A stretch of DNA of 64,000 bases, taken from positions 9,798,001 through 9,862,000 of the forward strand of contig CM052832.1 in assembly GCA_028534125.1 (NCBI GenBank), given 5' to 3'. Shown piece by piece: positions 56,071 to 64,000 of this stretch. Position 1 is the first letter of the stretch, and each line of letters begins with the position of its first letter. The stretch comes from Lama glama (Eukaryota). The notes beneath the pieces are model-generated. The model saw only the letters and a list, made by a program, of their open reading frames with translations. It was not told the DNA's origin and made no database searches. Made by a program: the position numbers and the translations under genes.

Positions 56071-58449
56071 AACACCTACCTCCCCCCCCCCCCGTGACTC
56101 CTCTGGGATGTGGGCTCAGGACCCTGATGTCTGAGATTCTGCCAGCCCAAGACCTGGCACTCTTGGGCAACTGGGGGTGGAGGGGAAGGTAGGGGGGGTG
56201 GTCTCTGGTGTCCAGGACTTCCAGATGTGAGTGCCCTCAGATCAGAAAGCAGTTTTTGGTTCCTTGGCCTGTTCCTTCTGAGGCCCTCTCTGTGCCCAGC
56301 CTGGGAGACAGCCAGCAACAGTTAAAGGCTGGCCATAAGAGGCAGTTGAGGGAAAGGGCTGGTTGTCTTGGGAGCCCAGCCTGGTAATCTGAGGTGTACT
56401 TGTTCCATGCCTCAGTTTCCCTAGCCGGGGGGAAAATAGCAATTCACTTGGCCCCCTTCTTTTTGCCTGCCTCCTGGCTTCTGGGACTGGAGAGCAGAGA
56501 ACCAGAGAGTGTAAATGACAGGCCGTCTGGGGTGACTCTCTGCTCTACCTGTCTGGGAGGGCAGCCAATGTTGCTTACAGTTTACAAGGTCTGTTACAGC
56601 TGCAGTGCTATTTTGCCCTCAACTCAGCTCTGTGTAGTGTAGCCAAATGGGAACCCAGGTCTGCTGGTTCCGGGTCCTATGGAAGGGGCACAGGATGAGG
56701 GCAGGGGACATCTCCTCAGGTGAGCACTCAGTCCTGGCCTTCCTAGGGCTGGTGGCGGGACAGCTCATAGTCCGAGGTGGGCAGAGGGTGGGCCAGGGCA
56801 GGCAGGAACCCGTCCAGGATTCTGGGATGGTGGGGGTACCCAGTGCTCACCCCCATGGCCAATGAGGCCTCTGTTTCAAGTCAGCTGGAAAGCAGGTGGG
56901 AGGAGCCTCCCAACCCTCAGGCCTGGCTGCTCTTTGAGGGTCTGACTTCTGACCCTGATCCCTCCTAGGGCTCTGTTTATGGCAGTAATTGCATCATTAG
57001 CCAGAGTTTATAGAGTTACTTAGCACCTGCCCCCACAGGGAGTGGCCCGGCCACCCCCTGGCTTCTGTCTCTTCTTTTTCAAAGTCAACGTGGTTTCTGC
57101 CAGCAGCAGGGGTTTCCCCAACCGCAGCTGGCATGAAAGCCAGGTTGGGCCTTTGTCCTAGGGATGGAGGGTAGTCAGCACTTGGGGCCCAGCTTGGGGC
57201 TGCCCTGGAGATGACCGTGGAAGTGGAGTTGGCCTCCTCTGATACAGAGGGAGGGAGTTCAGGGTTCCCAGAACTACCAGAAGTGTCTATATCCCAGGAC
57301 GCAGCAGGCATTTTTGCATATAATGTATGTATCCTCATCTGAAAAGTGGGAGATAAAAATGCACACATGACGCAGGCTGCTGTGAGGAGTCAGGTGCCTG
57401 GTACATAGTGAGTCCAGGATGCTCCTGTGTATGTCGATGTCGGGTGTGTGTAACTGATGGGGGTTTGTGTATTTGGTTATGAGATTACAGGTGTCCAGGT
57501 ACATGTATACAGATGCATTGTGTACGTGCATGCCTGTGAGAGAGTAATGATAACCTACTGTTACTAGAATATTTATCTATTCTCTTTATGCTATAAGAGA
57601 ACAATATTGTAATAAAAATTAGTTATAAACAATAGATGACAACATTTATTGTGTATTTACTCTTCAGAATGAAGTAGGAATTATTATTTTCATTATACTG
57701 ATTCAGAGAAGTTAAGCAGATTGCCTGAAGTCACACAGCCTAGAAGTGGTAGGGATTCTAACCTATGCCCAACTGATGCCAAAATCCATGTTCTCAATCC
57801 CTATGGAAGGCCACTTCAGGGTTTCCTAGGAGTTTTCTCTTTAAAGGCAGGATGTGGTGGTCCAGGAACCTTCTTTTCCCCATCCAGGGTCTCCTGATCT
57901 GAAGCCCCTGCCCCAGAACACATCTGTCTCCTGGCTACTCTTCTGAGCTGCTGACACAGGTGACAAAGGACCCTGGCGAGAGCTCTTCTGACCACCTGGG
58001 GAGGGGATGGGTTCAGACAAGGCTTCCTGAGTCTCCTTGGATACCTCAAACATTAACTTACAGTGAGCCCTCAGTAGGTACTTGTTTAACCAGATGTAGA
58101 GAAAAGGCTGCAGGGACCATTGGGTGAGAGGAACACAGGAGACCCCATGCTGACAGGCTCTGTTGGCTTTGTCAGGTCCTTGCTTCTCGCAGCTTCTGTT
58201 TCCATGTCTGTGAACCTACAGCATCTGTGGGGTCCCCTCCAATTCAAGACTCTACCGTCTCCAGCAAAGGCACCAAGACGAGAGAAGCTTCAGAAAGGGC
58301 AGGATGTGAGGTGCGCAGGGGTGGGGGGCTGCTGAAGTTCACTCAAAATAGCTTTCCCTAAAGGCTGGCTCTGTGGAGCAACCAGCCAGGTTTTCTTGGG
58401 ACACAGCCATAGCCACCATGTACTGAGCACTGGGCCAAGAGTACCCTAG

Positions 58450-58680
58450 CCAGGGTGTGGTCGAGAGCATGGGCTCCAGAATCCCAGCTCTGCCACTTAC
58501 TAGCTGTGTGACCCTGGGCAGGCTGCTTAGCAGCACTGTGCCTCTGTGTCCTCACCTAGAAAGCGAGGATTTAGTCGCACCTACCTAACAGTGCTGTAGT
58601 GAGTGAGGCTGGGATGTCGGTCCCTGCTGTGTGTAGAGGGCTTCGGACAGTGTTGTGCTCAAAAAATGTTAATTATCCTA
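58450..58680. mobile_element. MIR SINE (representative; other MIRs at roughly 13200-13410, 28160-28310, 36030-36270, 37130-37260, 57640-57810)
   Basis: aatcccagctctgccacttactagctgtgtgaccctgggcagg..ctgtgcctctgtgtcctcacct MIR core. Confidence 0.7.
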
Positions 58681-59654
58681 ATTAACTCCTATAACTTCTT
58701 TATTTCTCATTTCCAGGTGAGGAGATAGAGGCTTAGAGAGCTCTGGGGGGAGAAATAAAGAGCTATGGGTTACAAACAGGCCTCTCCCATGCGTCTGACA
58801 TCCTCAAACAAAATGCCTTTCACAAGGCTTTGCAGACTCTGTGGCTACAGTCCCCACTGCTCCCTGTTGTGCCACACCCAGCCTGGTCTCCACAATTAAC
58901 AAGACAGCAGACTGGGCAAGGCCTGCAGCATCTCTCCCACCCCTGTCCTGCCCTGCCCTGCCCTGCCCCTTGGGGCTCCTTGGATAGCATCTGGCCTGGC
59001 CACTCCTGACCAGAGGCTCTCCCCTGCCCTTGCGCTGCCTGCCCCTCCTGCACTCTGCACCAGAGATACGGATCTTCTTGGCCGAGATATCACTGAAGGC
59101 AGAGCTAAAATCCCAGCAATAAAGCAGGGTCTGGGACTTACAGTGCCCACGGGAAGTGCTTTACTTGCTCTGGGGTGGTGGGGCTGTGGGTGAGAGCAGA
59201 AGATAGCCAAGAAGGGCAGAAACAAGAGGCAGAGTCGTCACCAGTTTTCTTCCCTGTCTCTTAAGTGTGAGCATAAGGAGGAAGAGAAATGAGGTCTGCG
59301 CATTCCCATCCTCGTCCAGCTTCCTTGGGGCCAGAGTGCCTCCTTGGCCCTAACCCACACTGCGGAGGTCCTGAAGGAAAATGTGAGGCCATGGGGATTA
59401 ATCCAGGAATTTCAACACACCATCCAGAAACCCATGGTCCATATTCCCTCGTCCCAGTCCATGTTCATACTAGTCCCTTCTCCTGGTGCCCCCTCCCCTG
59501 CTCCCCTCCCTGTAACCAAATCCTGGGAAAGGCACACCTTCCCAGGAGACCAGGGGACTGCTCCATCGGACTGCAGCTCTGGTTGGATATTACAATGACC
59601 TCGGGAGCTCGTGAAGAATGCCACTGCACCTGAGTCTTGGGGGAGGGGCCTAGA

Positions 59655-59920
59655 TATCAATATTTAAAAAAAAAATTCCTGGAATGATTCTGATGCCCTT
59701 TCTCTAGGACAGTGGTTTTCACATTTGAGTGGGCATCCAGATCACCTGGAGGATTGTTAAAACAGATTGCTGGGCCCCACCCTCAGGGTTGCTAATTGAG
59801 TTGGTCTGGAATCAATAGGTCTATTCTACAAATTCCATAGGTCTGGAATTTGCAGTTATGACCTGTTCTCAGGTGATGCCAATGCTTCTGGTCCTCAGAC
59901 CACACTTTGAGAACCTATTG
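59655..59920. mobile_element. MER5A-like DNA transposon fossil
   Basis: cagtggttttcaca..atcacctggaggattgttaaaacagattgctgggccccacc..caggtgatgcc..gaccacactttgagaac. Confidence 0.7.
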
Positions 59921-62659
59921 CTTTGTGGCTACCCAGGCCAGCGCTTTCTGTTTCCTGAGTCTCTGATTGCTTCAGGCCTCTTAGGCCTGTTTCCTTTTCG
60001 AAGCCAGGTCCCCAGGGGTAGGGATCACCCCCAGTCTCTGGTATAGTCAACCCTCCATCCCCTACCCTGGCTCTCTGCTCCCACCTCCCGTTAAACTGAC
60101 CCATGTCCAGCCTTGGCCCCACCTTCCAGGACAGGCGTTTAGGAAATGCGTATTGCTTCAGGCCGGGTGTGGTGGACAGCACTAGCCCTGAGAGTCATCA
60201 GAACGCTGGGCATGATCGGAAGCTCCTGCAAAATTGCTTAGAGCCAGAGTAGCATTGCTGGAATCAGGAGTAGGGGGTGCGATGAGGGGGTGGGGAGAAA
60301 GGGGGAGGGAAGGAGGGAGAGGTGTCCAAAGCAGCCCCTCACTTTGCTGAAGTGAGCTGTAGGTAGCCCCAGCATGTTTTTTATCTTCCCTCCCCATGGA
60401 GGGTATGTGATCACTGTCTGAACTGCATGTTTTTGTTAATAATAAAAATGATAAAACACACACAAGAAACAGTCATTCCCTTCTCCTTTCCTCACCTAGA
60501 CTGGACACGTGGGGAGGGTGGGTGGGGGTTCACTGTTGGGAGTAGTGACGCCTCTATCATCTTCCTGGGTCTGGAGGGCAGCAGATAGTCCAGTGACCTG
60601 GGGGCTTGCACCAGGGCCTGTTGGGGCAGAGTCTTCCTTGGAAGCTGAGGGGGTTGGGGGGAAGCCTGGTGGGAGGTGAGAAGAGATGGTGGCCGGTCCT
60701 GCAGCCCTGCCAGGGGTGGTGAGATGAGCTTGGCGTCTGAACCCCTCAGTCTACAGATGAAAGGACCACTCATAGGTCACACTCTGAGCACGGGGGTTGG
60801 GCCTGTCTTGTCTGATGCAGTATCCCCAGTGCCCAGAAGGGAGCCTAGTATGTAGCGGGTGCTCAGTGCATCTTTGTGGAGTGAGTGAGCATGAATTGGG
60901 CCCCAGTCATTTGTTCAGAAGTGAGGACACATTAATGCTTTACCATGGTGTCTGCTGTGCAGAAGTGTCACCATCTAAGACCCAGGCATTGGTTCACAGG
61001 GACTTGGACAAGGAGGAGCTCCTTGCCTCTGCCAAGGTGTCCAGGCCCAGACTCGCTCTGGTGTAGGGCTCACAGCCTGTCCCTCCCCCCAGCCCTTGCC
61101 CTCCCCCACCAGATCTACCAGCAGGTCTGTGGGGTGGGGCTCCAGTTTGTCTTCTCCTGTTTGCAGAGGGAAGTCACAGCCTGTCCTCCGCCTTGTTTAT
61201 AATTGGTTTGGGGACAGCACCTGCCTCAGCCCCCTACTGTCCCTGAGGGGTGCAGAGTGGCCAGGAGGTGACACACTATCCTGTCCCCCCCCACCGGCCG
61301 CCTCTCGTCCCCTCCCTGCTCTGGCCAGGTGTGCTCTCAGCTGCCCCAGCCAGTGAGGCACCAGCCAGCTTTGCTGCAGGCTAACTGGGGCGGTGGGACT
61401 GTGGGCCTCTGAGGCTGGCTGGCACTGCCCTTGCGTTGTTGAGAGGAGGGGGACTGAAGCCCAGGGAACTCGAGGGACCTGCTCCAGCGCCCCATAGCCT
61501 TGAGCACCGTTGGGGTCAGCAGGCACAGGCTGAATGCCTCCCGGGTGCCTAGCTCTGTGGCCGCCAAGCAAGGTGGGTGGGAATAAGGACATGGCTCCTC
61601 CCCCAAAGCTGACAGCCTGGTAGGGAATTTCAGTGACTGCAGAGGACAGAGAAAGACAGAGTAACGTAAGATAGTCCAGAACCATGGACCAAATGACTGG
61701 TCAGTGTGTTGACGTCTGGCCCTCTGGTCCGAAGAGCATTCCTCTTGGTCCAGAGAGAGTTTTTACAAAAGGGCTCAGGCTGGCGCTGAGACCATGGCTC
61801 AGCCCTTCCCACTCTCTGAGCCCCAGAAAGGGCAGCTCTCCCACTCCCTGGGTCCTCTCACCTCTGCAGGCCCAGGAGCCTTCCCTCCTGGACAGGGTCC
61901 TTCCTTCCAGGAGGCTGAGGCTGCTGAATGCGAGGTGAGGCCATGGGGAGGCTGCTGGCCCCTGGGCCACCCACCTGTCACTTGGAAGCCCTGGACTGTG
62001 GGGGATGTGGTGCTAAATCAGGCCCAACAACTCAGGCCTCTTTGGACCTGCCTGTGGCTTGGAACCCAGGGGAGTGTATCTGCTCCCCACTACCTCGCCT
62101 CCAGCACCTCTCTCCTCCCCTCTTTCCCCTACCTTCCCGCATCCCCATCCCCCAACCCTCCATCTAATTCCATGGCATCTGGAACATCAGCCCTCTCCTG
62201 CTCTCTGTCCCCCTTCTCTCCATCTTTATTTGTTTTTCTGCCTCCCTCCTTCTTTTGGTGTCTTTCAAGGGTGTCTGAGACCTGCCTTGCTCCCCCAGTG
62301 CCTTCCCAGTGTGGGCCTCCAAGCTCTGTTGTCAGGGACCCAGAGGAATGGCCCGGGACAGGGGAAGGTGGATGTAAGGGAGAGTCCAGCTTCATGCAGC
62401 CCCCTGGTCTTGGCCACCAGAGCATGTGGTGGCTGGGATGCCCTGGGGTGGGTGGAAGATGAAAGGGCCGAGGGGTAGCCCAGGCCAGCTGGAGGAGCCT
62501 CTCTGCAGACAGCCCTGGGTATTGCTGGCTCCTCCAGACCTGTGACTAACTAGAGGTTCTCATCTGGTTTGTTTGGCCTAATCATCGTGTTTTCAAAACC
62601 AGATGTGAGAAGAAAATATCAGAGCCTCTATTTCTATGTACTGATGTCTCATCCTTTTC

Positions 62660-63500
62660 TCTCCCCTTTTATTGTGAAATAGAGCACAGTTGCCAAAAAG
62701 GGTATAAACCTGTCTGGATAATGTAATAAATAATTATAAACGTGACCACTCAGATGAAAAAACAGAATGTAACCTGAATTCCAAAATCATCTCATGTGCC
62801 CCCACCTTGGTTATAAGCCCCTCCCCGCGAGGCCACCACTGTCCTGGCTTTTAAGATAATCACTTCCTTGCTTTCCTTGATCATATAACCACCTGTACCT
62901 GTGTCCTTTAGCAATAGAGTTTAGTTTTGCCTGATTCTGGATTTAATACGGCTGGAATGACCTTGAACCTGTTCTCTCGTCATGCTGCGAGCTTCATCCA
63001 TGTTGTTGTGTGTCGCAGTGCTGAGCTCCCGTTCATTGCTGTGGCGTATCCACCGTATGAACTTGCTGCCGTATTCGTAGCCATCCAGCACACACTGGTG
63101 GGCATTTGGGTTGCTTTCCTTTTTTGGCTACTGTGAACGATACTGTAAGAACATCCTGGACTGTGATTCCTAGTGCATTGGAGCATACATCTCTCCAGTC
63201 TATATAACCCAGGAAGGAACTGCTAGAGCACAGGGTATGCAGTGAATATTTCAGCATTAGTAAGTACTGTGTCAAGTGGTCGCACCAATTTTCTCCTCAC
63301 TGGCGGCATCCGTGGGTTCCTGTTGCTCCGTATCCTCACAACACTTGGTGTTGATTGGTGGACTCAGTTCTGTCTTGCTGGTGAGCGGGTGACAGTATCT
63401 CGTTATGGGGGTAATTTACGTTTCCCTTCTCATCTGTTTTTATGTATATTTGCTCACATGCATGATATGTCATATGCTGGTATTTATAAGTAGCTTCTGA
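62660..63500 (-). mobile_element. Old L1M fragment (antisense) in TFEB intron 1
   Basis: ttcatccatgttgttgtgtg..ggcatttgggttgctttcctttttggcta..tatataacccaggaaggaactgct; boundaries approximate. Confidence 0.6.
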
Positions 63501-63814
63501 GAAAAAAAGCTTGTTTGGGGGTGCTCAAAATTTTTTTACTCACAGGAGTGTGTGATCAAAATAACTGAAAGACCACTGAAATATTGAATGCCAGGGAGGG
63601 GATGGGTTTGTAGGGTGGGGTGGGGAGGCGGTCTTGGGACAAGATTCCCAAGTGGCAATGCCTCCAGTGGGGCAGCTCTGCCCAGAGGCTGCTGAGCCCA
63701 CAGGGCACTCCCCGGCACCTTCAGGCCCCCCGCCTGGCACATGTAGGGCCAGAGCCCCCAGCGGATGCCCTTCAGTTTAGAATTGGCAGGCGCCTGGCTT
63801 TCAGGTCCTTCTAG

Positions 63815-64000
63815 GCCAGTAGTTTTCAACTGGGAACAGTTTTGCCTCCCAGGGTACATTTGGCAATGTCCGATGGCATTTTTGTTTGTCACAACTCGGA
63901 ATGCTACTGGCATCTAGTGGGTAGAGGCCAGGGATCTGCTAATGGTCCTAAAATGCTCAGGACAGCCCCCACAACAAAGAATTGTCCAGCCACAAGTGTC
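63815..64000. mobile_element. MER20-like DNA transposon fossil
   Basis: cagtagttttcaactggga..ggtacatttggcaatgtc..tgtcacaact..ctactggcatctagtgggtagaggccagggat..cagcccccacaacaaagaattgtccagcc. Confidence 0.8.

Larger units (their letters stand above)
54300..64000 (+). other. TFEB: TFEB 5' non-coding exon 1 (~54300-54592) and start of intron 1; coding exons lie beyond the window
   Basis: Exon ending ..GGGCGGCGGACGGATTGACCTTCAGAGCTAG|gtgagc resembles the TFEB 5' UTR as I recall it, and synteny downstream of PGC agrees. No TFEB coding sequence is visible. Confidence 0.7.

Overview
Mammalian genomic DNA, probably a camelid (two Vic-1-like tRNA-derived SINEs), from the syntenic block USP49 - TOMM6 - PRICKLE4 - FRS3 - PGC - TFEB. 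It holds the last two coding exons and the ~6.2 kb 3' UTR of USP49 (+), complete TOMM6 (-, 74 aa), intact PRICKLE4 (-, ~387 aa), complete FRS3 (+, ~495 aa), the complete 9-exon pepsinogen C gene PGC (+, 390 aa), and the CpG-island promoter, first non-coding exon and start of intron 1 of TFEB (+). The main unexpected element lies between FRS3 and PGC: a decayed, intron-containing tandem pepsinogen-C-family paralogue (recognisable exons 2-9, 33793-37472, both catalytic DTG motifs still readable). There are also weaker traces of a third, more eroded copy at ~27.8-31.5 kb, so this may be a fossil pepsinogen array. Gene and repeat identities come from my recognition of the translations and sequences; no database search was run.
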